64,000 nt of DNA from Octopus sinensis (GCF_006345805.1 NC_042999.1:87482001-87546000), one strand, 5' to 3'; shown: positions 38,651 to 52,326, numbered from the stretch's first letter. Notes: generated by a model from the letters alone, not told the origin. Numbers and translations: made by a program.

Positions 38651-40384
38651 CAATGCACCTGTTTTTTGTTTATACACCTGTCTTCGTCTTGTTTTTCTGG
38701 AAATTTCAACTATATATATATGTATGTCTCTTAGGCTTTTATTCGGCATTTTTACTATCCAAGGAAAAGCTTACCGAGTAGGAAATATTAAATAGTGCAA
38801 CTATTCCCGATGATAAGTAAAAGAGCGGCTAGACTGTATACTGAAATGAAAATATGTGTAGAAGATTTTATTTCATTTGTCTACAAGGCTCAAATAGCTT
38901 TTATTTTTAACTTGTTTCAGTCATTGGACTGCAACCATTCTGGGGCATTAACTTGAACGATTTAGTCGAACAAATCCATCCCTGGACTTATTTTTAAGTT
39001 TAGCTCTTATTCTAGTGGCCTCTTTTACCGAACTGCTGAGCTCTTGTTCGCATTTTAGACACATGTAGTGGAGATATCATATTTGTGTCTTTTCCAGTTG
39101 AAAACAAAGAAAATGCAAATATTTTAGATATGGGACAACTTTAATCTAAAAAGACATTAGTTTTTAAAGGCAGAATAATTTTATATCGTATGATTTTACT
39201 GAGAGACTACACTAAAATAAAGGGTAACTATGATGAGAATACTGGGCTGCGCATAAATATGTGAAAAAGACATAACTTAGTTTAGATATTGATATGATAG
39301 CATCAAAAGTAAAATTTCCGATATACACTGGAAAACTGGGGAGCCCAGTTCAGTAATCGAATCAGAAGCAAGCATTACTGAGATGGGAGGAGTCTGATAT
39401 GAAGAGATATTAAAACAACAAGGGGAAATGGTTGTGAATAGAAGAGCAAGGAAGAAGAAATGTAGAGTTAATGAGAAAAGAATGGCAATTTGATAGAATA
39501 AAAAATACTATTTTAGAGGAAGATGTATGGTAAATTATTCATCTATTTATATATACAAATATAATTAAATACCTTAAAATGCATAAAGAAGCATTCATAC
39601 ACAAACACACAACATACATAGACACAACACATACACACACGTTTAATGTAAATACATATGTTTGCTATTCTGCCTATGTCTGTGGTTGTGTCTGTGCATA
39701 TGAAGATATGTGTGAGCTCAAATGAGACATTAGGGTTCTAATATGCCCCCGTTCAGGGAATTTCAACCTGTTTGGGGTTTTAACCTCTTAGAAAGCAACA
39801 AGTACTTATGAAATTACTAGTTTTATTTGTGACTTCAAAGTTTTAGTATTGTAAAGCTGTGGAGAAACATGAATTTGTAACAACCATGCCTTTTTCAAGG
39901 ACATAAGCAGCATGATCACTAGTGTTGACTTTGTTTAAGTATACAATTAGGTCCATATTTCAACTTGTCAGAAAGCATCAATAATGAATGATAACATATA
40001 TATACATACATACAAACACATACACGCGTACATTGTTTGTGTTTGAGTATACGTTCATTTATGTAAGAAAATATATTAGCATACGTTTGCATATACACAT
40101 GAGCATGTTTACACGTAAACTTTAGTTGGGAAAAGTTTTGAGTGTTTATTAAAAGGGGGTTGGTAAAAGTAAAGGTCTTCTATGTAGTAAATGTTCTGCA
40201 TGTTGTGAAACTTGTAGAATACTTAAAAAAGAAAACGAGTAAAGCTAATGTTGTAAGTGAAAAGGGATTCAGTGATAACCCCCAAAGACAGCTAGATATA
40301 TGTAGACGTAAAAAGCACTTATGATGACTGAAGGGTGGAATAGATTCAAGACTTTTGCAAAGTCTTCATAGGAAAATTGTAATA

Positions 40385-41523
40385 AAATTGAGGTTTATTG
40401 GAGATGTTATACAAAAGAATGAGATAAAAAAGTTACTAACCATTATTAATAATTGGAATGCATTTAGGAAAAAAATACATCATGTAAGACATACGTGTAC
40501 ATTTGACTGGTATTATAATCTGTGCATTTATACTGAAGATAATATCAGTCAAATGTACAGAGATAGCCTCATTACAATTGTATGGAAATAATAAAAATGT
40601 AAAATTGGGTTAGTGTTATTCTAGTCATCATATATTACTTAGGATAGGGTTAAAGTAGCTCGAAAGTTTCCTGTTTAATTTAACGAAAGATTCAATGTAA
40701 GGTAGAGAAATATACTGCAAAAGTTCTAAAAATCACGTTGTGTAGATAATTCTTTTCCTTTAGGAGCAAATAAAGATCGATTATATATTTTTTATTACTT
40801 GATTGTTGTAATGTTTCACATAATATTTGATCACACCCTATACCCATATATTATTATCTATCTACTATCCATCCTTCATCGTATTACTATTTTTCTCATT
40901 GATAACATTTTCAGTAGATGACATCATTAAGAAAACAATCTTGTAAAATGGAGTTTCATTCAAAAGTTAACTCTTAAGATTCAGAACTTCAATTTTAGAA
41001 TCTCTAATTGTTGGTGTCTCCGAAAACATTCTAAGACTGTATCGTCAACTAAGCTTATGATATTCACTTTTGCCTCGTTCAATAAAGTAAATCTAAACAG
41101 AATAGGAAGCAAGTGAGGATTTCGTTTCTTTTCTAATATTTGAAGTTACTAATTCCCTTTAGAAACGAGTTCGCTTCTCAATAGATATTTCAAAATTTAA
41201 TATGACGTCAGACCAAAGCAATTCTTAAGTAGATAAAGAACAGGAGCAAAACAACAACAGCAGTCAAAACAAACACTTCAAGTATTTGTTTATTAGTGTA
41301 GATTGATACAAGTATCTAACAACCAAAGTTATACATTGAAAATATAGCGATAATGATAGTGCTTGTACGTGTTAATGATTGACAAACTAGTGAGATACGT
41401 AGAAGGGAGAACTCTATCATGAGCTATGAAGACTGACAAAAGGCTGAGCAGTACAAGTAAACACATATGTGAAGTAAAGCATTGACTTTATTTTGGTATC
41501 CCGAATAAGCATTATCATAAAAA
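40385..41523 (+). repeat. Donor copy of a 1139-bp direct duplication
   Basis: No difference seen from 44547-45685; the offset is 4162 at both ends. Confidence 0.95.
40496..40559 (+). ncRNA. Pre-miRNA-like hairpin (second copy 44658-44721)
   Basis: tgtacatttgactggtattat / ataatatcagtcaaatgtaca: 21-bp stem with one G-U pair, 22-nt loop, 64 nt total. No expression evidence. Confidence 0.3.
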
Positions 41524-42149
41524 GTAACAAAACCCAAGAAAAATATAGTATAATACATAATAAAAGTGATGAACGTATTTCAAAGAATTATGCTCTTCGT
41601 TGTTAGGGGCAATTATTAAAATATGTCACTTGCTCCTGCAATTTATCATTTTAGGAAGGATGTTAGACAGAATATTTTCCGAGTATAATTTTTCACTAAT
41701 GGCACACAAACATACATACGTACATGCATACATAATGCACATATGAACGCATGCATACATACATGCATGCAAGCATGCATAAGTGCATACCTGCATACAT
41801 ATATACATGCATCGATGCATATATTCACATATAGTTATATCAAGAATAAAAAGTTAGTATCAATTTGTTACTGTTATCTTGGAGGTAATTTGGAAAATAC
41901 TAATGAGCAACTGATGCAATGACAATAACAGCACTGGCCAAGAGCGGGATTATGATAATAATTATGATAATGAGCTTAATTAAGGAATGCGTTGATTACA
42001 ATGTTCCAAACTTTTTCCTAATGTCACTTACAGATATTAAAGAGTTAGAAAGATATATCCCCAACGGTGCAATAACGTTGGGAACAATAACAAGAACAAC
42101 AATAATAAGGTAGGCAAACATATATATTACTAGTATTTCAATGGTTAGG

Positions 42150-42640
42150 CGATATACAGGTAGTATTAGTACAAAATGTACGGGAGTAGTATTAATGGAA
42201 ATATATAAAAAGGGTGGTATCAGTGTAAACGTAGAAGAGGGGTGTAGTATTTGTACAAGTGTACAGGTGGTGGTAGTATTAGAACAAATGTACTGCAGGG
42301 GATAGAATTGGTACAAATGTACAGTACATGGTAGTACTAGTACAGATATACAGTAGAAAGTAGTATTAATAAGATGTACAGTGGGATAGTGTTAGTAGAA
42401 ATATTCAGGAGGTGGGTAGTATAGGCATTACGAGAGAGGTAGTATTAGGAGATATACAAGAGGTGGTAGTATTGATACATATATATATATACAGGAGGAG
42501 TGATATTTGTACATATGTACAGGAGGGTTAGTATTAGTACAGATGTACAAAAGGAGTGGTGTTAGTGCATATATATACAAGAGGAGTAGTATTAGTACAA
42601 ATGTACGGGAGGAGCAGTATCAGTAGACATGTCCAGGATG
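42150..42640. repeat. Degenerate minisatellite, unit about 28-30 bp (gtagtattagtacaaatgtacaggaggag)
   Basis: The motif gtagtatt..gtaca.atgtaca.g recurs roughly every 29 nt across about 490 bp. Confidence 0.8.
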
Positions 42641-42786
42641 GTGAGGTGGTGGTAGTAATATCGGTACCAAGGAAGCATTGATTCAAGTCTTAATTTTAAA
42701 GTGTTTACATAATACCTGTGCATCAATATATGCTAATGAAGCCGTGAAGCTGTACAGTATTGTTGTTGTTAATAATATATGAATAT

Positions 42787-43175
42787 CCTTTTCTACTCTA
42801 GGTACAAGGCCCGAAATTTTGGGGGAGGAGGACAGTCGATTAAATCGACCCCAGTACGCAACTGATACTTAATTTATCGACCCCGAAAGGATGAAAGGCA
42901 AAGTCGACCTCGACGGAATTTGAACTCAGAACGAAATATCTATTTCATTACTACCCACAAGGGGCTAAACATAGAGAGGACAAACAAGAACAGACAAACG
43001 GATTAAGTCGATTATATCGACCCCAGTGCGTAACTGGTACTTATTTAATCGACCCCGAAAGGATGAAAGGCAAAGTATCCTCGGCGGAATTTGAACTCAG
43101 AACGTAGCGGCAGACGAAATGCCGTTAAGCATTTCGCCCGACGTGCTAACGTTTCTGTCAGCTTGCCGCCTTAGC
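42787..43175 (-). mobile_element. Dimeric SINE with 13-bp TSD
   Basis: Same layout; TSD aatatatgaatat at 42774-42786 and 43176-43188. Confidence 0.85.
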
Positions 43176-44461
43176 AATATATGAATATTACTATTGTCAT
43201 AGAGAAGATATGAATAAAGGCCGAGTACTTTGTTGAGTATCTTTATTCGTTGTTAAAAGTTCAAATTTTACTGCAGTCGAAGTTTCAACACCGAAACTTT
43301 TATAATTACTGGTTTCAAATTCTGATACAAGGCTAGCAATTTCAGTAGAAGTGGTAAATCGATTACATCGACTCCAGTGCTCAAATGGTACTTATTTTAT
43401 CGGCCCCGAAAGGATAAAAGGCAAAGTAGACTTCGGCGGCATTTCGAAACTTATAATTATTAAAAATAAATTTGGTTAATTTAAGTAGAGAAATAACCTT
43501 ATCCTAACTTCTCAACTTTAAACCGTATGCTATATAAATATCTCTTTCCAATTTTTGGCACAGGGCCAGCTATTTTGAGAGGAGGGAGAAATCGATTACA
43601 TCGACCGCAATGCTCAACTGGTACTTATTTTATCGACTTTGGTGGTCTTTGAATTCAGAACGTACAGAGCCGGGAGAAATGCTACAAATCTTAATCGGTG
43701 CGCTAATCATACTAACAGTCATACCTGCTTTAGTAACAAGTTTATACAGTCTGTAATAATATGGTTATTGAATTCGAGGATGGTGGTGGTGGTGGTGGTG
43801 GTGAGAAGGATTTAATTTATAGTCTTTTCACACCCCAGAATAGATAAGACCATTAACAGGAATATTGTCGGCGTAAAGTTTTTAAAATTATTATCTTGCA
43901 TGTAAAAGGCAGTTTATGGGAACTCGTATGTATGTAAAAACACACGCACGCACGCACGCACACATATAAATGCACACTTACATATGTGTCTATATGTGTG
44001 AGTGTGTGTGTGTATATACATATATGTGTATGTGTGTGTTTATATTTTTCTCAAATTAAAAACCTGTTTTGTTATCTGTGTCCCTTATTTTTGCCCACTA
44101 ACTTAGTATTTCGACAAATGGTACCTGATAAAGAAGTAGTGGTGTGGTAGTGGTGGTGGGGGTGTCGTTGTTGGTCGAGGATAGCTTTACTTGACTAACA
44201 CCTGTGAAGGCAGTGTTCCAGTATGACCACAGCCCAGTTACTAAGCTACTAAAAGAATAAAAGGAGTAACTAAAATCCTAAAATAATACTAACCCCCTAC
44301 TTAATTTATTCGGTATTCTTCTAACTAAAGAGGAGGATATTCAATGTTCTATTAAAAGGGCGGTGAGCTGACAGAATCGTTAGCACGCCGGGCAAAATGC
44401 CTAGCGGTATTTCTTCTGACGTTACGTTCTGAGTTCAAATTCCGCTGAGGTCGACTTTGTC

Positions 44462-44549
44462 TTTCATCCTTTCAGGGTCGATTAAATAAGTACCAGTTAC
44501 GCACCAGTGCGTAACTGGTACTTATTTAATCGACCCTGAAAGGATGAAA
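44462..44549. repeat. Perfect 43-bp inverted repeat with 2-nt spacer
   Basis: tttcatcc...gttacgcac (44462-44504), ca, gtgcgtaac...ggatgaaa (44507-44549). Confidence 0.95.
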
Positions 44550-45685
44550 TTGAGGTTTATTGGAGATGTTATACAAAAGAATGAGATAAAAAAGTTACTA
44601 ACCATTATTAATAATTGGAATGCATTTAGGAAAAAAATACATCATGTAAGACATACGTGTACATTTGACTGGTATTATAATCTGTGCATTTATACTGAAG
44701 ATAATATCAGTCAAATGTACAGAGATAGCCTCATTACAATTGTATGGAAATAATAAAAATGTAAAATTGGGTTAGTGTTATTCTAGTCATCATATATTAC
44801 TTAGGATAGGGTTAAAGTAGCTCGAAAGTTTCCTGTTTAATTTAACGAAAGATTCAATGTAAGGTAGAGAAATATACTGCAAAAGTTCTAAAAATCACGT
44901 TGTGTAGATAATTCTTTTCCTTTAGGAGCAAATAAAGATCGATTATATATTTTTTATTACTTGATTGTTGTAATGTTTCACATAATATTTGATCACACCC
45001 TATACCCATATATTATTATCTATCTACTATCCATCCTTCATCGTATTACTATTTTTCTCATTGATAACATTTTCAGTAGATGACATCATTAAGAAAACAA
45101 TCTTGTAAAATGGAGTTTCATTCAAAAGTTAACTCTTAAGATTCAGAACTTCAATTTTAGAATCTCTAATTGTTGGTGTCTCCGAAAACATTCTAAGACT
45201 GTATCGTCAACTAAGCTTATGATATTCACTTTTGCCTCGTTCAATAAAGTAAATCTAAACAGAATAGGAAGCAAGTGAGGATTTCGTTTCTTTTCTAATA
45301 TTTGAAGTTACTAATTCCCTTTAGAAACGAGTTCGCTTCTCAATAGATATTTCAAAATTTAATATGACGTCAGACCAAAGCAATTCTTAAGTAGATAAAG
45401 AACAGGAGCAAAACAACAACAGCAGTCAAAACAAACACTTCAAGTATTTGTTTATTAGTGTAGATTGATACAAGTATCTAACAACCAAAGTTATACATTG
45501 AAAATATAGCGATAATGATAGTGCTTGTACGTGTTAATGATTGACAAACTAGTGAGATACGTAGAAGGGAGAACTCTATCATGAGCTATGAAGACTGACA
45601 AAAGGCTGAGCAGTACAAGTAAACACATATGTGAAGTAAAGCATTGACTTTATTTTGGTATCCCGAATAAGCATTATCATAAAAA
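44547..45685 (+). repeat. Inserted copy of the 1139-bp duplication
   Basis: Matches 40385-41523 and sits inside a SINE. Confidence 0.95.
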
Positions 45686-48600
45686 TCGACTTAATTCCTT
45701 TGCCTGTCCTTGTTTGTCCTCTCTATGTTTAGCCCCACTGTGGGCAATAAAGAAATAAATATTCTATCAAAAGAGTGAGTGAGAGAGGGGGAGGGAAGGA
45801 GAGAGAGACAGGGAGAGATAGTGAGATCCTTTTGTTGTATGTCTAATTAAATGTAATTACCCCGTTCTCGTCTTTAATTAGAGATGTGAAGGTGTTTAGA
45901 GGGATACTTATAGCCAGATTGCTAATAGATTATTTCTGATTAAAAAAATTCTTTATTCTTTTACTTGTTCCATTCAGTGGACTGCCGCCAGGCTGGGGCA
46001 TAGATTTTAAGTGTTAGATTAATCAAATCGACCTTATATATGTGTCTGTAAATATCTTATACATGTCTGACACTCTATTCTGCCGGTCTCTTTTGCTTAA
46101 CTAAAAACTTACGGGACGTTAACAAACCGACCCCGGCTTTCTTCCAAGTAGTGATAAGTAAACACAAACACAAACTCTTACGCACACACACACACACATG
46201 CATTTGACGGGCATCCGCTCTGATATTGTTTATCAAATTCATTCACAAGTTATTGTGAAAAGAACTTGCCTAAAATGCCATGCAGCGGGACTGAACCCGA
46301 AACACAGCCACATCAGTAGAAAAATTCAACATTGAAAGAATTCATTATTGGTCTCAGGACACTTAAACGGACGCTGGTCTCTTCAGAACCTCAAATCGCT
46401 ATCTAGATTCACTACAGAAAGAGCAACGTGCAAAAACCATAAATAAAAATTGTCGTGTTTAGAAGAAAATAGGCGAGGCTTCTTTTGTCGAGATAAAAGC
46501 AATGTAACTAAGAAGTTGTATAATGAATTTACAGATGAAATAAACTGAAACAGGAAAGGTTGGATGATTATGTTTATATAACAGCAGAAGGGATATATTT
46601 CCTACTGATACCTTTTATTAACACCGAGAGAATGGAAGGCAAGGGTGATTCCGGTGGGGTTTGAACGAATAACGTAAAGATTTGGAAAAAATACCGCGAA
46701 GCATTTCATCCGACACTGTATTGGCACTGCCAGTTCATCGCCTTTCATCCCTTAAGGGTTAATAACAAGGAGCCATTTAAGTTCAGTGGATAGGCGGGAC
46801 TGGTTTAGAGGTTCGGCCTTGCGAAATCTGTTCCAGCCTTTTGCATCTGTTTTTTTTTTTTTAGTAGATGATTTCTGGAGAAAGAGGCAAAACGCATATT
46901 CGCCGAGGCTTGTGAGAATGAAACCCGTTAATGTTCCATTTAAACTGACAACAACGCCTGCGAGCATACAGTTGCCAAGTTCTATCGGTCCAAGTCATTG
47001 GCCTTTCACTTGAAAAAGCGTATGTGGTGTAGAGAGGGGATACCTGCACGCAAGGGCAATTGCTAGTCTCCTCCCTAAAAAATATACCCCACCTCGAAAA
47101 AAAAAAAGCACGAAAAAACTCTGCTCGGGCCTGCGTACACATGTATTGGCGCATCGTCAACATTAAGTCAAGAAAGTCCCTACTATATATATGTGTAATA
47201 GGGACTTTGTCGACCAGCATTGACCATGCACTTATGATTATATATATATATATAACCCTTAACTGTAATATTAAAAAAGTTAGTCAGCCACTCTCTGGTT
47301 CAATTTAAACTTGCTAGCAAATTTGAGAAAGCTTTTTGGATTAAGTTACGTTGTTGGCAGGTTGTGGGTAAATGAAATGTTAATGCTAACGCCTTCCAAG
47401 TGACATTAAATCGTAATATGTAATAAGCATTCAAATGAAGCGTCTGAGCAAACACACACACATACGTACACACACATATACATACACATGCACACTCATA
47501 CATATTCACACACGCACTATATAATATTTATGTGCGCACACACACATATACATATATATATAATATGTAATATGCGTATTGTGTGTGTGTGTGTGTGAGC
47601 GTGAGTGTGTATGTGCGTGTGTGTATGTGTGAGTGTGTGCGTGTGTGAAATAAGATTTAGACTTAAAACGCATAGGAAATTTGTCAAGGCACTTCCGCAA
47701 GGTGGAGTCGAGTGATGTCATATCCGGGCAGAAAACTGGGCGGGTTTAAGAGTTTTGGGCCAAGAGAAATTTTTGCTAAAAACTTGTAAATGTATTAACA
47801 TAATAAACAGTCGATGCAGGCATGGCTGGTAATAAATAAATCTACTCAGTAAACTGTGAACTTGTAATAAGTAATTCGCAAACATTTATAATTAATGTTT
47901 TTGCACATTAATGCATTAACTAACATTGCGCAGATGTGAATGTGTTCATATTATTCTGGGGTAGCTTATCTATGCTGAAGTTTTAATAGCAAAATTTTCT
48001 ATATCAACCCATATCAACTTTTTAAATAAAGATAAATTTAAACCAAATAAAGGTCTATTTTATTTTAAAAATGAGTCACTAAAGGGTCACCATATCTAGC
48101 TGGAATAAATATGTGACTCCAAATTTGAAATCTAATTTCTGTTAATTCTGAGAAATTTAATAAAAAAAAGTATAAAAAAGAGCGATGTGTCTTAAAATTC
48201 AGTTAAATGTAACTAATGCAATATCTAAGAAGTTTTCAAAAGTTACATGTAACAAAAAAAAAAGTGAATAGACAATTATTCACTACTCAGTGTACCGCGT
48301 TGAAAAAGTTATGTGCAGTATGCTGGAATATGCATATATAATCTATAGCCTGTCAGGTGATTGCGGCAATCGAACATTTAAAGTACACCAGGTAAAGTAT
48401 TCACTTTCTTTTTCTCTGTTGGAAAGTACTGTGTTAGTTCACTTTATAGTCAACCTGGACACTGTCTTTCCTTTTGCTTCGTTTTTTTTTATTATTCGAG
48501 CATTCGTCCTTCCTCATTCTAATACTTCTCTACCGCCCCAGGCCCCATCATTGTCCGTGCTGGGCTACTTTCACTTTCGTTTCGTTATTTTGAATTGGAA

Positions 48601-49032
48601 TGCGTGTTTGTGTGAAAATATGAAGTGGAGGAAAAGCAGATAGAAAACAGGACGGAGGAGGAAAGAGAGAATGAAAGAGAGGGAGAGGGAGAGAGAAGAT
48701 AGAGACAAAATAAAAAACAAAAAGAAGCAACAAATTAAAAAAAGAAATAAAAATACTAAAGAGTAAGAGTGGATAACACATTAGGTAACAAGCAGGTGTA
48801 TATATAGCTTTAAAAAACAATAAGAAAGAAAGAAAAAGGACAGAAAGAAGAAGATATCGAAAGAAGAGGGGATTGAAAGAGAGAAAGAGAGCGGGAAGAG
48901 ACAGGGAATAGTAACTTGATGAATGTCAAAGAAAACTGAGTTCGGAGAAAGTATAAAAGGAGAGGAATGAGTGAAAGAAGGGTTAAAGAAAATAGGAAAA
49001 AGTGAAGGAGAGTTATGTAGAATAGAGCTTAC

Positions 49033-49290
49033 CTTTTAAACTATGTAAAAGCTTGAAATATGCACAACGGTGATGTGTCGCTTCTTCCGGCTTCTGAGAG
49101 TTTTCTTGCAAGTGTGTGACTTTTCCCTTTACTCTTACTGCTAGCTCATGTAACTGGTGCTACGCTTACTGAGCACTGCTATTCTCGGAGGCGCCAGGCG
49201 TACACTGTGTCGAAGCTGGACTGTAAACCGCCAATCGAAAACCGGGAACATATCACGTGAATAATGTACATTACCCGCGCACATCCACAT
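49033..49290 (-). promoter_or_regulatory. Candidate promoter and non-coding first exon of a minus-strand transcript
   Basis: Locally CpG-rich unique sequence with CACGTG (49254-59), CCAAT (49231-35) and ETS-like CTTCCGG (49084-90). Strong minus-strand donor AAAG|GTAAGC (GT at 49032-49031). No long ORF. Confidence 0.4.
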
Positions 49291-49541
49291 ACTACAGCAC
49301 ACAAAAATACAGACACATAAAGCACGCGCACACAAGCATACACACAAGCACAAACAGATGCAATAAGGTAGAAACCAGTTTCAGTTTTTTTTTTTAATAG
49401 GAAAAAATTATATATATATATATATTCACACTATTTGGGCAAAGTAAACTGCTAAAATCTTCTACATCACATTTGACGGTACACATACAAGGATATGGAA
49501 AAAAGCAGTTCAGTCATATACACATATAGATATACATACAC

Positions 49542-49589
<48 letters not shown>

Positions 49590-49845
49590 ATATATATATG
49601 TATGTATATAATGTATATAAATATATCAACACTTGATTTCACTCTAAAGTTACTCCCTATTGTATACATATACACAAAAGTAACTTTACACTAGCACAGA
49701 TGCGCACACGCACACACAGATACACACATGCAGTCACTTATATAACATGTTAAACACACACACGCACACACACACACACACACATGTACATATGTATGCA
49801 TGTGTGTGTGAGTGTGTGTGTGAGAATGTATATATATATAATGTA

Positions 49846-49885
<40 letters not shown>

Positions 49886-49962
49886 CTTTATATTTATATT
49901 TATGTATATATACGTTAGTATATATGCACGTGTATGTGTGCACATTTAGGAAAATACATAAG

Positions 49963-49994
<32 letters not shown>

Positions 49995-50208
49995 CATACA
50001 TATATATATATAGATATATATGTATGTGTATATAAGCAGTTATATATATATGTGTATGTATGTACATATGTATATATATATACATATAGGCATGTATATG
50101 TAATGCATCTTATATATATATATATATATAAGATTACATGTCTACATATAATTATGAGTGTCTACGATTATATACAAATGTGTGTACATACTTATGCATA
50201 TTCGATGC

Positions 50209-50314
<106 letters not shown>

Positions 50315-51126
50315 TTCTCTCTTGTATCCCCACGCATAGATAATCAATATATAACCATATAATCGATATATAACCATAAGGTATACCTCACATATCTTTG
50401 ATAACTTTCAGTTATCGTCTCCACATATTCTACTAAAAATTTCGTCGTCCTAGACTCGTTATCGGTAGTCTTTTTGTATCTATCAAACTTCAATAATTCT
50501 CACCTTTTAATGCATTAAACTATGAAATTACTAAGCTCTTTCTTTCGCCTTATATAAGGCTATGTATGTATACATATATACTTATACTTACACACACACA
50601 CATAGACACTATGTATGTATATACACACGCACACGCATATATATGTATGCATATATATACTTATATCTATGTCTCCGTGTGTGTTCTCGCGCGCGTTTGT
50701 CTGTTAAGGAAAAACTGAATTATGTCTCGAGCTTAGAACCCATAAAGCTGGGACGAATGCACTTTTCCGTAGCTTATAAGTGACTTAGGATACAAAAGTA
50801 TCCCCTGGAGAAAACGCTAGTCCGTGCTAAGGTTAACTTTAATCGTTATTAGTGGGTTGACTGGGACAACGTGAAATGAAGTGGCTTGCTCAATGACAGT
50901 GCGTCCGCTTGGAAATCGAACCCTCAGTATTATAATCATGAGCCCAAACTCCCTAACTACTTGCCAAGCGCCTTCACATACTCACACGCAGAGACACACA
51001 CACACAGAAACATAAACACATGCAAACGTATATGCACATGTGTATGTAGCTATATCTATATATATATTCTTTAGATATATGCATACATACACACATCTGT
51101 TCACATAGATATACACAAACATTTGC

Positions 51127-51195
<69 letters not shown>

Positions 51196-51198
<3 letters not shown>

Positions 51199-51355
51199 TG
51201 GCTGAGTGGTAAGTAGCTTGTTTACCAACCACATGTTTCCGGGTTCAGTCCCACTGGGTGGCACCTTGCGAAAGTGTTTTTAACTATAGCCCCGGGCTAA
51301 CCAAAGCCTTGTGAGTGGATTTGGTTGACGGAAACTGAAAGAAACCTGTCATATG

Positions 51356-51394
<39 letters not shown>

Positions 51395-51569
51395 TATATA
51401 TATATGAATGGCTGAGTGGTAAGTAGCTTGTTTACCAACCACATGTTTCCGGGTTCAGTCCCACTGGGTGGCACCTTGCGAAAGTGTTTTTAACTATAGC
51501 CCCGGGCTAACCAAAGCCTTGTGAGTGGATTTGGTTGACGGAAACTGAAAGAAACCTGTCATATGTATG
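51196..51569 (+). repeat. 210-bp tandem duplication of a CORE-like SINE 5' half
   Basis: 51196-51359 equals 51406-51569, including private variants (ttgcgaaagtg, ggttgacgg); separated by (TA)n. Confidence 0.92.
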
Positions 51570-51624
<55 letters not shown>

Positions 51625-51627
<3 letters not shown>

Positions 51628-52135
51628 TGTGTGTGATATGTTTGTGTATCTGTGTTTGTCCCTCCTCCCAAGCATCGCTTGTGTTTATGTCCCCGTAACA
51701 TAGCGGTTCGGCAAAAAAAGACCGATAGAATAAGTACTAGGCTTCCAAAGAATAAGTACTGGGGTCAATTTGCTCGACTAAAGGCGGTGCTCCAGCATGG
51801 CCGCAGTCAAATGAGTGAAACAAGTAACAGAACAAAAGAATAAAAGAATATAGATATATTTATTTATTAGTGTGTGTGTGTGTGTGTGTGTGTGCATGCA
51901 TGTGTATGCTGTATATATACGTATGTGTTTATGTATATATGTAACACGTGCAAATACATACACGCCTATGCACACATATACGCATACATCTATGCATACG
52001 AATATATTAGTATACAAACACATACACGCACATACATACATACAGGTTTGTGTACGTGCATGTATCGTATGTATATATATATCAAAAGATTATAATATTG
52101 CCTATCTCTGAACTATCATCGTCATCATCATCATC

Positions 52136-52201
<66 letters not shown>

Positions 52202-52326
52202 GTCATCATCACCGTCATCATGCATAACAAATCGGTAGTCTGAATACATTTTATGTGCCAGTGTATATACAGTGTGGACTCATCCATTAAAATACATATT
52301 GACATTTGCGCTTTTGTATATATCTC

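Larger units (their letters stand above)
44359..45761 (+). mobile_element. SINE split by a fold-back and a 1139-bp insertion
   Basis: 5' half 44359-44504, 3' half about 45684-45761, both enclosed by one TSD ttctatYaaaag (44347-44358, 45762-45773). Confidence 0.8.

Noticed and set aside
48290-48643. 117-aa plus-strand ORF, and an open segment at 42035-42110 with good splice sites
   Set aside because: No recognisable domain, and they cannot be joined in phase to other segments.
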